NCBI RefSeq assembly: GCF_006345805.1 | Contig: NC_043005.1 | Location: forward strand, 101,060,001 to 101,124,000 | Source: Octopus sinensis | Lineage: Eukaryota | Direction of reading: 5' to 3' | DNA: 64,000 bases | Shown here: positions 48,169-61,210 of the stretch, one piece after another | Layout: the number at the start of each line of letters is the position of its first letter | How positions within the stretch are numbered: position 1 is the first letter of the stretch | Made by a program: the position numbers and the translations under genes | Notes under the pieces: generated by a model | The model's input: only the letters and a program-made list of their open reading frames with translations | The model's database searches: none | What the model was told of the DNA's origin: nothing

Positions 48169-49457
48169 CGAGGGGTGTTCAATAAGTAATGCCCCTGACC
48201 CACTTCCCATAGCAGTAGAGCAACAAAACTTGGCACAGTTATTAGTCTTTTTCTACATAGGAACCACCCAGAGTTACGCATTTCTCCCATCGTTTGATGC
48301 AGCTCTGGAGACCGTTTTTGTAGAAGACCCCAGCTTGGTCCTTCAGCCACGACGTGACTTCAGAAATCAAGGCTGCATCATCTGGGAAACGCTTTCCTTT
48401 CAAAAACAACTTCATGGCTGGGAAGAGGTGAAAATCAGAGGGTGCAAGGTCAGGAGAGTAAGGGGATAGGGAAGGAGTTCATAGCCGCACGCCTGTGCTT
48501 CTGATCTGGTGACACGCGAGTTGTGGACCGGAGCGTTGTCCTGCAAGAGGAGGATGCCTTTGCTGATCTTGCCCCCTCTTGATTTTGATAGCTTCTCTTA
48601 ATTTCCTCAGAAGTGAAGCATAATAGGCTCCTGTAATTGTGGTACCCTTTGCCAGGAAATCTGTCATCACTACTCTGTCCTGGTCCCAGAAGACTGTGAG
48701 CATGACCTTGCCAGCGGAGGGCTGCACCCTTGCCTTCTTTGGAGGAGGTGAGTCACAGTGCTTCCACTGCATTGACTGGGCTTTGGTCTCTGGATCATAG
48801 TGATGGACCCAGATTTCATCCTGTGTAATCAGTCTTTTGAAAAATTTTGACTCATCTTCTTGGCACATCTCCAAATTCATCTTCGAGCACTCGACGCGTT
48901 CTTGCTTCTGGAAAGGTGTGAGCAACCTGGGAATCCATCTGGCAGACACCTTTTGCATATGCAAATGGTCATGAATGATAGTTTCCACAGACCTGGTACT
49001 AATCTTGACCTCATGGGCTATTTGGCGAATAGTTATGTGTCGATCTTCCAAAATGGCAGCCTCAACTTGACGGACAGACGTCTCATCAACGGCAGAAGGG
49101 GGCGACCAGATCTGGGAGCTGTTTCCACAGAGTTCCGACTATGTTTGAATTCACGATGCCAGCGTTTTACAAGGTCATATGATGGGGCATCATCACCATA
49201 AGTTACTTTCATTTCATCAAAAGTCTCCCGTGGTGAGCATCCATTCAAATACTAAAACCGGATCACTGCTCGACACTCAACAGGCTCCATTTCACACTTG
49301 ACTCAGTCCAAACACCTGTAAATCAGATACCACAATTAGTTCAGAGCTATAATTTGCTATTTAATCTATAGAGATATAAATAATTGCACATGCAAAATTT
49401 CAGCTAGATCAAACAACTGCAAGTGGATCAGGGGCATTACTTATTGAACGTCCCTCG
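48169..49457 (-). mobile_element. Full-length mariner transposon (1289 bp), TA-flanked
   Basis: 37 bp TIRs cgaggggtgttcaataagtaatgcccctgacccactt with 3 mismatches between ends. Confidence 0.95.
48242..49290 (-). pseudogene. mariner DD34D transposase with 1 stop and 3 frameshifts
   Basis: MEPVECRAVIRF*..., WIPRLL, ITQDE, QDNAPVH, YSPDLAPSD; 34 residues between D2 and D3 after frame repair. Confidence 0.93.
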
Positions 49458-49490
<33 letters not shown>

Positions 49491-49593
49491 GTATATATAT
49501 ATGTATGTATATATATGTGTATGTGTATGTATGATATATATATATATGTATATATTATATAGTGATAGATAATGTAATATATATAGATTATAT

Positions 49594-49631
<38 letters not shown>

Positions 49632-49635
49632 CTAT

Positions 49636-49690
<55 letters not shown>

Positions 49691-49989
49691 CTTTGTTGGT
49701 AAATGTGCATATTTGTCCAGTAATATGCATGTTTGGGAGATAAAGAAAGTCTATGCATGTGCACACGAAACCTTCATACAAAGCTGTAGTTTACAGTTGC
49801 AATTTAACAAACTATTCAATATTCATCCCTGTACAACAACCAGAAACAATACATTTCCAATATTTGTAGCACTGATGTTCCATTATTACAGATAAGAGTC
49901 TTTGATGTCTGAAATTCTAATTCATTTCAAATTTATCTTCAAATGCGTTTACTCAGCAGAATCTCTGTAAAGTTGGTGGTAAGAATGTG

Positions 49990-50630
49990 TACGCTGGTAT
50001 TTTGCCTTTTTGTTTGGTTACAGATGAGATTGTTAAATTGAATAGGTTGGCAGAGATTAGAAAATATATAAAGTTGTCTGTCATGGGATGTTGTGTTACT
50101 GGAGACAGTAGGAAGGAGAGAGGAGCAGGAGGACGGTGGCGTGAGTGGGAGGAAAGAACCAGGACTTGAGTAGGAGGAAAGACACTGATGGGGGGAGGAG
50201 GAGGTGGTGGTGGAAAAAGAAGAAGTGGAGGATGAGGAGGAGGTGGAGGAGGAGGAGGATAAAAGGTGACAATGACCAGAGTATGGATCAATCAAAAAGA
50301 CAACAGGATTAGAAGTAAGGATGGTAATGAAGTGAGATGAAGGGAAAAGAGAAAAAAATGTCAGTGATTGGAATAGGAGAAAAGCAATCATGGTAGGAGG
50401 AGGAGGAGAAAAGGTAACAGGAGTAGGAGAAAAAAAATAGTGATGACAGGGCTTGGGGAATGAAAAATAGTAGGAGTAGGAGGAGAATGACATGATTAAG
50501 AAGAAGTAGCAGAGAAGAAAGATCTGAAAGAGAAGTGGAGGAGGAGGAGGAGAAAAGCAGGAAGAAGGGTAGTAGCAGGAGGGAAAAGATTGAAGAGGAG
50601 AAAAGAAGAATTTGGAAGAAGCCGGATAAT
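49990..50630. repeat. Purine-rich (GGA/GAA) low-complexity tract
   Basis: Direct reading; source of the Ser/Pro-rich minus-strand ORFs. Confidence 0.75.
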
Positions 50631-51014
50631 GATGATAATTGTGTTTATAATAATGTCCACAGTTAGAACTTAAATGATTAATTACTTCTGTTGATGAAGT
50701 ATAGCGTAATTATTTCTGGGAAACAAGAAACATAAATGAATGAACCAAAGAACATCAGCAGAGCATTGTTTGCTGATGGGACTGGACAGACTCCTTGCCC
50801 TTCATACAGGTACATGAATCTGATACCTGTAATTAATCATACTCTTACCATTTTTGCACTTATCTTTTGTTTTCGTTCTTACTTAGAAACCACTTATCTG
50901 TTGCAAAACAAATATGCCAAGTGACTTCATTTTAATTAACTTATTTTGTTCGTCATGCTTCCATAACAAGTCAATTTGAATCTGTAATTGAGAACCTGTA
51001 ATTTATATGGTATA

Positions 51015-52395
51015 GGGGGGGGGCAGTGAGCTGGCAGAATTGTTAGCATGCCAGACAAAATACTTAACAGCATTTCATCCGTCTTTATATTATGGGTTCA
51101 AATTCCTTTTCTACTCTAGGTACAAGGCCCGAAATTTTGTGGGGAGGAGGGGGCCAGTCAATTAGATCGAACCCAGTATGCAACAAGAATTTAATTTATT
51201 GACCCTGAAAGGATGAAAGGCAAAGTGGACCTTGGTGGAATTTGAACTCAGAACGTAAACACAGACGAAATACCATTTTGTCTAACATTTTGTCCAACAT
51301 TTCTTATTTCTTTATTGTCCACAAGTGGCTAAACATAGAGGGGACAAACAAGGACAGACAAAGGGATTAAATCGATTACTTATTTATCGACCCCGAAAGG
51401 ATGAAAGGCAAAGTCGACCTCGATGGAATTTGAACTCAGAACGCAAAGAAAGACGAAATACTGCTAAGTATTTGTCTGGCATGCTAACATTTCTGCCAGC
51501 TCACCACCTTATTCTCAGTTCAAATTCTGCCAAGGCCAACCTTGCTTTCCATCCTTCTGGAGTCAATAAAATAAGTATCAGTCGGGCACTGGGGGGGGGG
51601 GGGATTCGATGTAATCAACTTCCCCACTTCCCCAAGTTTATTGGTCCTCTGCCACAATTTGACACCAATTCACATGGTGTAACACATCAAGTCAACATTT
51701 TGTCTAATCAAAATGATAATTACTTAATGAATCCTAATTGCTGTAAGCAGGTACAGTTAACATGTTGTTTCGATAAAAGAACTACACAAAGTGAGGAAAC
51801 TAACCTAACTCTGAAAGTCCCTCTGTTATTCACATAATTTTCCAGTTATTTATTTTTAAAACTTTATATTTTAATTATTGGTTTCAAATATTTTCACACA
51901 AGGCCAGCAATCTTTGGGGAGGGGCTAAGCGAATTACATCAATCCTGGGGCTCAATTGGTACATATTTTATCAACTCTGAAAGGATGAAAGGTAAAATCA
52001 ACCTAGGTTGAATCTGAGATGGGCTAAATGCTTAGCAGCATTTTGCGAGCCATGGTAACGATTCTGCCAGTTTCCCACCTTATTTTGAATTGTAACAATA
52101 TTGTTGGTTTCCAAAAGACCAATTGTTGCATCACTGTATTCCTGGCAATGAGAGTGACACGGGAGTGTCTCCAACCACGGAGCAGAACAAATGTTATTTT
52201 CTACTCTAGGCAGAAGGCCCGAAATTTTGGGGGAGGAGGCCAGTTGATTAGATCGACCCCAGTATGCAACTGGTTCTTAATTTATTGACCCCGAAAGGAT
52301 GAAAGGCAAAGCTAGCCTCAGTGGAACTGGAGCTAATAACATAAAGACAGACGAAATACCAGCATGCTAACATTTCTGCCAGCTCACCTCCTTGA
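51015..52395. mobile_element. Cluster of family B SINE copies, both orientations, including a tandem dimer
   Basis: Repeated gaaaggatgaaaggcaaag / gaatttgaactcagaacg blocks. Confidence 0.85.
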
Positions 52396-52494
52396 GTAGA
52401 ACAAATATTGCAAAACTCTTAATTCAAAGGGCACAGTTGTTTTGGTTATCTCACACATCATTACATCTAGAGTATGTCCTGGGTATGACTTTAA

Positions 52495-52695
52495 CCCTTT
52501 TGGTACCAACCTTGCTGAAACTAACTCTGGCTCTGTAGTACAAATGTCTTGCTTTCATAAGTTTTGAATTAAAATCTTCCACCAAACCTTAGTCACAATT
52601 TATGCTCCTAACACCAGCTTAATGATAGCCAAGTTATTTTACTAAATTCTTTGTTATACTTAAAATTAATTGAAAGAAATACAGTAACAAAAGGG
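52495..52695. mobile_element. TTAA-flanked MITE, same family as 45500
   Basis: TTAA-CCCTTTTGGTACC ... CAGTAACAAAAGGG-TTAA. Confidence 0.85.
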
Positions 52696-52764
52696 TTAAA
52701 CTGCATCTGGTAGTGAGGGCCTGGTTCAGGACTTTCAGAGTTTTGAGGAGTGTGGAACCATCTC

Positions 52765-52930
52765 TTAGCCACTGTCGTTCCAAGCCCTTCCTAATGCCAA
52801 CCACTCTCAGAGTGTGGTGGGTGCTTTTACGAATCAGGTGGTACTGGTAACAGCCATGCTCAAATGGTGTTTTTTTTATGAGCCACCTGCACAGGAGCCA
52901 GTCCAGCGGCACTGGCAATGACCTCAGACA
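52765..52930 (-). mobile_element. Family C fragment with 1-2 minisatellite units
   Basis: gcccttcctaatgccaaccactc...gccatgctcaaatggtg. Confidence 0.75.
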
Positions 52931-54781
52931 AAAGTTAATCCAAGCCTGCATAGAAATGATGATGATGATGATGAAGATGACAATAACAAAATTGAGTAGG
53001 AGAAAGGTTCTTATGTTAAGGGATCTGACATTTAGATTTAAAATCTGTTTTGTCCACTTTCCGCAGCCATAAAATCACATCTCTCACAGGCATAATTTCA
53101 AATTAATTTTAGAGTAAGAGTTTATTTCATATCACTGCAGATAGAAGTTGAAACCATTACAATCGGTTTTAATACCGTTGATACTGCAGCCAGTATTTTA
53201 ATTATGGGAAAAAATAGAAGTGGGTAATAACTCATACAGCATACAAGAGAATCTTTCGTCCTCCATGCATGGTATCTCTCTAAAACCCCCAAAATGCTTT
53301 GTAAAGTGGTTAGGGGTAGGAGGGGCATTCAACCACAAAAAGCATGTCAGACAGGAATGTACAAGCACGACATGGACTTTGCAAGGTAGAAATGGCTCTT
53401 TAGTACTCCCAAATGGAACAATTTCTCTAATATTACAAACAAAATAAAATACCCCAAATCCACACAGTAAAACATACCCAACAACAAATTTGGCTGGTTG
53501 TTTTGTTTTTTTTAAATTTTGAGTTAAATGAGGTGGACAACAATGAATATCAACTTTTCTAACGCATGCCAGCACAAAAAAATGGATGTAAATTGTTTAT
53601 GGCTCTCAATATCTGTTGTCTAATACTGAGGAGTATTGTTCTGCATTCTAGAAGGATCCCAACACAAGAATGGAAAGCCATTAGCAAAATGATGAAAAAT
53701 ATAGAATAGAAATTGTGATCACAAAAATTCCTGTCAATTCCACACTGACAAAAACAGAAATGCCAAAGTGACAATTTCTCACTTTGTCTCACTTTAAGAT
53801 GCTATAAGGCCTCCTGTGTATGTGTTTCATATGCGTTTTAAAACCAGTTACCTGAAAATAAAGGTGTTTTTTGTGCCACCTATGGAGTCCAATTTTTTTC
53901 CTGCCTATCATACAATTTCCAGTAACAATGTTCAGCAGTAGTAATTATCCTCCGCATCATTACTAATTTATTTTCTATCTGAAATAGCAGCTTTTAGCAA
54001 AACAATAATTCACCAAGAAGCAATGATTCTTCAATTTATCTGCCCAACACTTTAAGTACTACTGTTTGTATGTATATCATAGCTTACAGCAAAACATAAT
54101 TACAAATAATATATTGAGTGTGTGACTGATAGCATAGAGAATAAAGACTAATTTACTTGAGACACAGTAACACACACAAACACACACGGAATGTGATTAT
54201 ATACATGTATGTGTGTGTGTTTATAATCCTTTCACTGAATTGTCCATATGCTGCTAAATATTTGCTGGTAAATCATCTAAAAAATATTAACTGAAGAAGT
54301 AGAGCTTTATGGAGACACAAACTTGAATGTTGTTACCTGATGTTGCACAATGTTGGATGCCAAGTTATACAAAATACCTCCGTTCTAAATGGAAAATACA
54401 CTGCAAAAATAATATGCGGCAATACTCAAGCTATCTGTTCAATGCATCCTTATTACTAAATGTGTGTAAGAGTGGCTGTGTGGTAAATAGCTTGCTTACC
54501 AACCACATGGTTCCGGGTTCAGTCCCAGTATCATGTTAGAGGTACATATTTTAATTTCAAACATTTTGTTCTCTGAAATTTGCCACAATAGAGAGGTGTT
54601 TGGTGTTTTTTCTGTCTTAAACATGTTATTCTTGCACAGGTTCATTTTACACACAGTTAAGAATATTTCAGTATTCTATCAACTGGTACAGTTTCATCTA
54701 TAAATGTTAATACAGTCCCCAAATTAGAAACTGATCAACAAAAATAATATTAAGAATTGCAACAGGAAACTGAATATTTAC

Positions 54782-54907
54782 CACTTTCAAAGCAAGCATC
54801 AAATGTCAAATGACCTTGTTTTGGTTTGCCAAAATATCCCTGTGGCACAACTGTCAACTTATTAACATTGCCAACCAATGTCTCTTCGCTGATATCAGAA
54901 TCACTAC
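54782..54907 (-). CDS. AGBL4: Cytosolic carboxypeptidase 6 (AGBL4/CCP6) internal coding exon, equivalent to vertebrate exon 2
   Basis: Acceptor tttgtatattttgcAG, donor GTaaat; 126 nt, phase 1-1, open frame SDSDISEETLVGNVNKLTVVPQGYFGKPKQGHLTFDACFES(G), matching from memory human AGBL4 GGNVSKYIVLPTGYCGQPKKGHLIFDACFESG. Confidence 0.93.
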
Positions 54908-55974
54908 CTGCAAAATATACAAAGCAAAGGTTTAGTTGGTAACTAATAGGAGACTTAAAAATTTAAAAACAAATAAAATAAACATGTACCAGTAATCAAA
55001 GTCATTTAAAAGGAAAACAGCAAAATACCAAAAAAAAAAAAAAGGAGAAAAAATATGAATTTTGTACAGAAACTGACCTAACTAAAATGGTTCTTTATTA
55101 AAGAAAGTATCAAATTTTGTTTGCATAATGCACGTGATTTCATTTTGAAATTAGCCAGCTAAGAGGAGATAACCTACTGACATGTTAAACCTAAAGATCA
55201 CAAGAAGAAATTGAAGAATTATTCAAATCTCTTCTTTGCACAGAGAGTCTTCAGTTTAATCTCTTATTTTAATTAGTATAAATGTTGTATTTATTTTTCA
55301 TAAACTGATCGCATTTATAGATAATCTTACATTTGTGACATATATCTATTTTCTATTTCATGAATTCAATTCCATAAAAGTGAAAAAAAAAAAAAATTCT
55401 TTTTTAAAACTGAAATGAAAGAAATTTAATTAATAACAAGAGAAATGTAAACAGAACAGACTGTGTGCAATAATGTGTTTTTAGCTGATATTTAATTTGA
55501 AAATATTCTTGGAGATACATGACTGCAGTGAAAAAAAAATCATATTTCCTTTTAACAAAAGATTAAAAAAATGTTTCTAATTTTCTTCACAGTGTGAAGG
55601 AAATGAAACACTCCTGTTTAATTCGAGCACCATGACGATATGTTTACACAGACTTAGAGTTGAAAACAAACTAAAGTAGTCAAATTTGTACTTTAAATTT
55701 AGCGTTTTTACTGGAGATTAAAATCTATAAAGAAAAGACTTTTGCTTCAGCTGGATGAGTTAGGATAGAATTTGTATCCTGTCATTACTGTTGTGTTGTA
55801 TCTAGTAAACGAGCCACAGATATTTCCTTATGGTTTAGCAGTTCAGGTAGTACTTGCTCTCATTCCACTGTCCAGATGCTGTTAAATACTGGCAGGTATA
55901 TCATCTAAAAAATATTAACTACATCTTTGGTGAATCTCTTCTACAAGAGATCCAGGTTGACTAATATATCCTTT

Positions 55975-56780
55975 TCTACTCTAGGCACAAGGCCCAAAAT
56001 TTACTTAATTTATTGACCTCAAAAGGATGAAAGGCAAAGTTGACCTGGGCAAAATTTTAACTCAGAACATAAAGACAGACGAAATACCTATTTCTTTATT
56101 ACCCACAGGGGGCTAAACATAGAAGGAACAAACAAGGACAGACATAGGTATTAAGTCGATTACATCGACCCCAGTGCTTAACTGGTGCTTAATTTATCGA
56201 CCCCGAAAGGATGAAAGGCAAAGTTGACCTCAGCGGAATTTGAACTCACAACGTAACGGCAGATGAAATACCGCAAAGCATTTCGCCCGGCGTGCTAATG
56301 ATTCTGCCAGCTTGGAAATATCACTAAGCATTTCACCTGGCATGCTTATGTTTTTTATTTCTAATTTCTTTACTGCCCATAAGAGGCTACACACAGAGGG
56401 GACAGACAAGGACAGACAAACGGATTGAGTTGATCATGTTGACTCCAGTATGTAACTGGTACTTATTTAATCGACCCCGAAAGGATGACAGATAAAGTCA
56501 ACCTCGGCAGAATTTGAACTTGGTATGTAGTGGCAGATGAAATACCTATTTCTTTACTAACCACAAGGGGCTAAACACAGAGAAGACAAACAAGAACAGA
56601 CAAACAGATTAAGTCGATTATATCGACCCCAGTGCGTAACTGGTACTTATTTAATTGACCCTGAAAGGATGAAAAGCAAAGTCGACCTTGGCAGAATTTG
56701 AACTCACAACATAACGGCAGACGAAATACGGCTACGCATTTCGCCCGGCGTGCTAACGATTCTGCCAGCTCCGCCCCTTG
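55975..56780 (-). mobile_element. Head-to-tail multimers of family B SINE
   Basis: About four consecutive modules with the same central domain. Confidence 0.85.
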
Positions 56781-56874
56781 GTTGACCAATATATTATGAG
56801 GGAAATTCACAAGATGGAAACTCTGCATCGCATTTATATATGTGGATGTATTTATAAACATTTATCTTTTTCCT

Positions 56875-57200
56875 TTATCTTTCACCTGTTTTATTTATTA
56901 GATTGTGGCCATGCTGGAGCACTGCCTCGAATTGACCCCTGGATTTATTTTCTTAGGCCTAGTGATTATTCTATCAGTCTCTTTTGTTGAACTGCTATTG
57001 TCAAGCAGTGGGGAAGGACAAACACAGACACCACACACACATGCATGATGGGCTTCTTTTAGTTTCCATCTACCAAATCCACCTACAAGGTTTTGACTGA
57101 ATCAAGGCTGTAGTAGAAGAGAAGACAATTGCCCAAGGTGCCACACAACAGGACTAAACCGGATCTATGTGGTTATGAAGCAACCGTATATGCTGTGCCT
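56875..57200 (-). mobile_element. SINE family A, degenerate
   Basis: tgtggccatgctggagcac...gcccaaggtgccacac. Confidence 0.75.
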
Positions 57201-57889
57201 AATACATACATACATACATGCATACAAACATACATATGTACATACAAACAGACATACATGCATACACACACACACACACATACATGTCAATATATTTGTT
57301 TTGCTTGATTCTTACAATATATTATTACTTGTCCAAAAGTTTGGTTCATAAGTCTGGAAATCAGAATTGGATCAATGGATCAGCTATTAGGTAAGTATAT
57401 CTCTATGTTGTATATATTTGAATCAAATTGTATTTAGGCATAACAATTTTAATTTTTTAAATATTGTTCCAAACATCTGACACAACTGTAACAGAATAAT
57501 GCCAATTAGTGTGGTAGGTAGAGAGGAAGATGAGAATAAATAGAATAAAATAGATGAAAATAGAATAAAAATAAGACAGGATAAGATACAATAAACTGGA
57601 GAAATGAAAGAAACTAAAATGAAGAGAAACAATATAGAATATAATAGAGTACTAAGAGGTTGTAATTGGTTGGTGGATAGAAAATTTAGGGGCCATGGGT
57701 TTGGCATAATGGGAGTGAAGGATCTCACAGATTTAGAAGCTTTAAAGGTTTGTGGATATAAATATTTTAAAAGTTTTAAAGGTTAAACTTCTTTTAATTT
57801 TTGAAAGGATGTATAATAATCGGTTTAAAAGTCGATAGGTTGGGAGGTGGACAGAGAGAAACTATCAACCTGTTTATGGGTTGATAGTT

Positions 57890-58060
57890 TCATCATCATC
57901 ATCGTTTAACGTCCGTTTTCCATGTTAGCATGAGTTAGACGGTTTTGACTAAGGACTGGCAACCAGATGGCTGCACCAGGCTTGATCTGGCAGGGTTTCT
58001 ACAGCTGGATGCCCTTCCTAATGCCAACCACTCCGGGAGTGTAGTGGGTGCTTTTTATGC
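57890..58060 (-). mobile_element. RTE-tailed family C element, short
   Basis: (CAT)n gtttaacgtccg...ggatgcccttcctaatgccaaccactccggg. Confidence 0.85.
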
Positions 58061-58159
58061 ACCCACTACTACGCACCCAGTTTCGTAAATTAAATTGCAA
58101 TTTACCAGTAAATCATGTCTACAGGAAGCTTTGATTTTTGTTGATATTTCTCCAAGTGT

Positions 58160-58375
58160 AGGTGATGAGCTGGCAGAATCGTTAGCAGCCAGGCAAAATG
58201 CCTAACAGCATTTCGCCCATCTTTATGTTCTGAGTTAAAATTCCGCTGAGGCCTATTTGCCTTTCATCTTTCTAGGGTTAATCAAATAGGCAGTAGCTGA
58301 GCACTGGGGTCAAAGTAATTGACTTCCCCCCTCCTCTGAAACTGCTGGCCTTTGGCTAAAATTTGAAACCAATAT
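58160..58375 (+). mobile_element. SINE family B variant
   Basis: ggtgatgagctggcagaatcgttagc...gagttaaaattcc. Confidence 0.8.
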
Positions 58376-58410
58376 TACTCAAAGTATGCCACTAATGTTC
58401 TTAGAAATTT

Positions 58411-58592
58411 GGAAGGGCATGATGTTCAGAACATCCCAATTCGTCTAATATTCCTGATAAGCTGGAATGGCATGACACTAAAGACATCCTAATGTCATTA
58501 ATATTCCATACCATTTGGAGTTACATAATGCTACAAACATCCCAATGCACTAATATTCCTGATAAGTTGGGACAGCATGATGCTAAGAACAT
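58411..58592. repeat. Degenerate tandem repeat with about 53 bp unit, about 3.4 copies
   Basis: gcatgatg..aacatcccaat..ctaatattcctgataag recurring. Confidence 0.75.
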
Positions 58593-59139
58593 TTTTTTGT
58601 TTACTTACTCAATTTGATAAAGAAAATTTTAGGTGTTATGTTTAATAGAAAGAAATCATATCTTTCCTATTTAGAGACTATACCAATCTAGCAATGGAGT
58701 GACAAGTTACTAAACAACTGAAACATAGTATATTACTGGGTAAACAAGAAAATTGCAGCAAAGCTGCATGATAGTGGTGCCAGACGTGGTATGCGTGCCA
58801 TCATATAATTTATTTTATTCTTCTCTTTCATGTTATTTTGACATACACATTGTGATTTTTATTCTTCTCTTCTGTTTTATGAATTCAGTGTGCACATACT
58901 TCCCTTTCCAGTTCCAACTCAAAGCTGTTTACAGATCACAGCCATCTCACAAACCTGCGTTCATGAGGAGCACTTCATGCTCTGATGGTTGTGAAAAGAA
59001 ATGCTTCAGCTCCTGAATAATATGAACACAGAATGGAAAACTAATGGCGTAGATATTGTCAAGTGTCTAATTTGGCACAAAGCTATTTCCTTTGTTACTT
59101 TCAGGTTATTACCATCTTTGTCTCTAGCAGAAATATTAC

Positions 59140-59547
59140 TCTTTACTCTTTTACTTGTTTCAGTCATTTGACTGCGGCCATGCTGGAGCACCGCCTTTAG
59201 TCGAGCAAATCGACCCGAGCACTTATTTTTTATAAGCCTAGTACTTATTCTATCAGTCACCTTTGCCAAACCGCTAGGTTACAGGGACGTAAACACACCA
59301 GCATCGATTGTCAAGCAATGTTGGGGTACAAACACAAACACACAAACATATACACACACATACACATATATATACATATATACGATGGGCTTCTTTCAGT
59401 TTCCGTCTACCAAATCCACTCACAAGGTTTTGGTCGGCCCGAGGTTATAGTAGAAGAAACTTGCCCAAGGTGCCATGCAGTGGGACTGAACCCAGAACCA
59501 TGTGGCTGGTAAGCAAGCTACTTACCACACAGCCACTCCTGCGCCTG
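59140..59547 (-). mobile_element. SINE family A, full length
   Basis: Complete head, core and tail. Confidence 0.88.
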
Positions 59548-60129
59548 CATATACACTGTTTTGTTTTATTCCCAATAGCTTCAAGTTCATTTTATTGAAC
59601 AATAAGGTTGACATTCTACCATGAAGTGTTTTAGCAAAGATTCACAGATTTGTCTGTTTTAGACAACTTACCATCATTCAGATTACTATCATTTTGTGTT
59701 CTTTAAATTCACTAAATTACTCCTATCAACACTATCACCAGCTTAATAGGGCAACTTTTAATTAACAGGATCAGATCTTATTACTGAAAGTTTCTTTTCT
59801 TGTAGTTATCAAAGCCTGATGCCTCTAGTCAACTTAAATGGTTTTCTCTTACCTCTATTGATGGATAAATAAATTATTAATATCAAATATCAATCGGCTG
59901 AATTTTGATAATGGAATAAGAACATTTTTCAAAACATAAACAAAAAGAAAAGGAAAGAATGAAAAACAGAAACTACAGCAAATAGTTTACAACAATTCAC
60001 ATTAGTCTTCATGTTCTGAATAGAAAACAACAAAGGAAGTCATTAGTAAGTGGCCATCTCCAATTCTGTTCAAATTGTCATTAGCTTTATTGTTATTATT
60101 ATTATTGTTATTATTATTATCATTATTAT

Positions 60130-60710
60130 TGAATGAGAGAGCAGTGCATGCCATCAAAGTGACACTGGGGTAAAATATACGAAGCCCAGTATACCCATCA
60201 TGACTACACATCTGATAAGGGTACACCAGGTACATGCATCATAACCATATGTGCATAACATGGTGATCTCATATCAAGATAAACAGCACATGACCTTGCA
60301 GGTGGGGCCCAGTTAGAATTTTCTTCTGGTCAAGTAACCCATCCCACTCAAAAGGTCCCTGAATAAGGGTTGTTTAAGGATGTTGAACGAACCACCCATG
60401 TTTCCAGAGGTGAATTATTCAAACCCCAAAGAATCCCTCTCAACACATGTCTATGATGCTCACCCACTACTTCTGCTTATGATCAGAGATGCACATATCA
60501 TCAGCCAGTAAGGGCCATGCTCAACTGGTTAAGGTCAAACAACTGACAAGCAAATCTGTGGTATTGAGCAGAATATTTGCTGTGGCCCATCTTTTATACC
60601 AAGAGAAAACAATGTACATAACACTTCCAATCAGTTAAGATCAGAAGCCATGAGAGCCACTGCCTGGTACTGCATCAGGGCATTTATGGTACTGCATCAG
60701 GGCATTTATT
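60130..60710 (-). mobile_element. Interspersed repeat family D, about 580 bp, between (ATT)n arrays
   Basis: Shares sequence with 3520-3748; terminal tandem duplication of ggtactgcatcagggcattt. Confidence 0.75.
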
Positions 60711-60786
60711 ATTATTATTCTCATTATTATTATTGTTGTTGTTGTTTATTATTATTATTATTGTTATTATTAATATTATTATTATT

Positions 60787-60828
<42 letters not shown>

Positions 60829-61210
60829 ATATATGGGCAATATGTCTTTATTTGGAAGTGGAGTACCAACGGGGTGGTCTACTATGTAAATGAAGAGCAG
60901 GGGTTGAATATTGACTGATTTATTATAAATCAGGTGTTGAAACAATTAAAGTGGCATACTGGCAGGGCTGTTAGGGCATCAAACAGACTACCTCAAATTT
61001 GTTCTAGTTCTCTGAACTCTGATTTCAAATCTGCTCAAGGTCAGTTTTCTGTTTCATCCTTTGGGGGTCAATGAAATTCACAGAAGTCTAAGTGGAACAT
61101 TAAACAGCATCAACCAGTCCTGGAGGGCCTACACACCCACCCCAACAGATGCAAACGATGACAAAGTTAGCAGCTGACTTGCATCAGTTAAAAAAGTCAT
61201 ATGCCTATAC

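Noticed and set aside
50736-50810. Plus-strand first exon MNEPKNISRALFADG...
   Set aside because: No recognisable homology, weak donor
58896-59008. Minus-strand exon with plausible splice sites
   Set aside because: Stops in all three frames; no supporting evidence
59672-59700. AGBL4 first exon at strong donor ATG|GTAAGT
   Set aside because: Nearby ATGs are out of phase with exon 2, and the in-phase frame has a stop with no ATG
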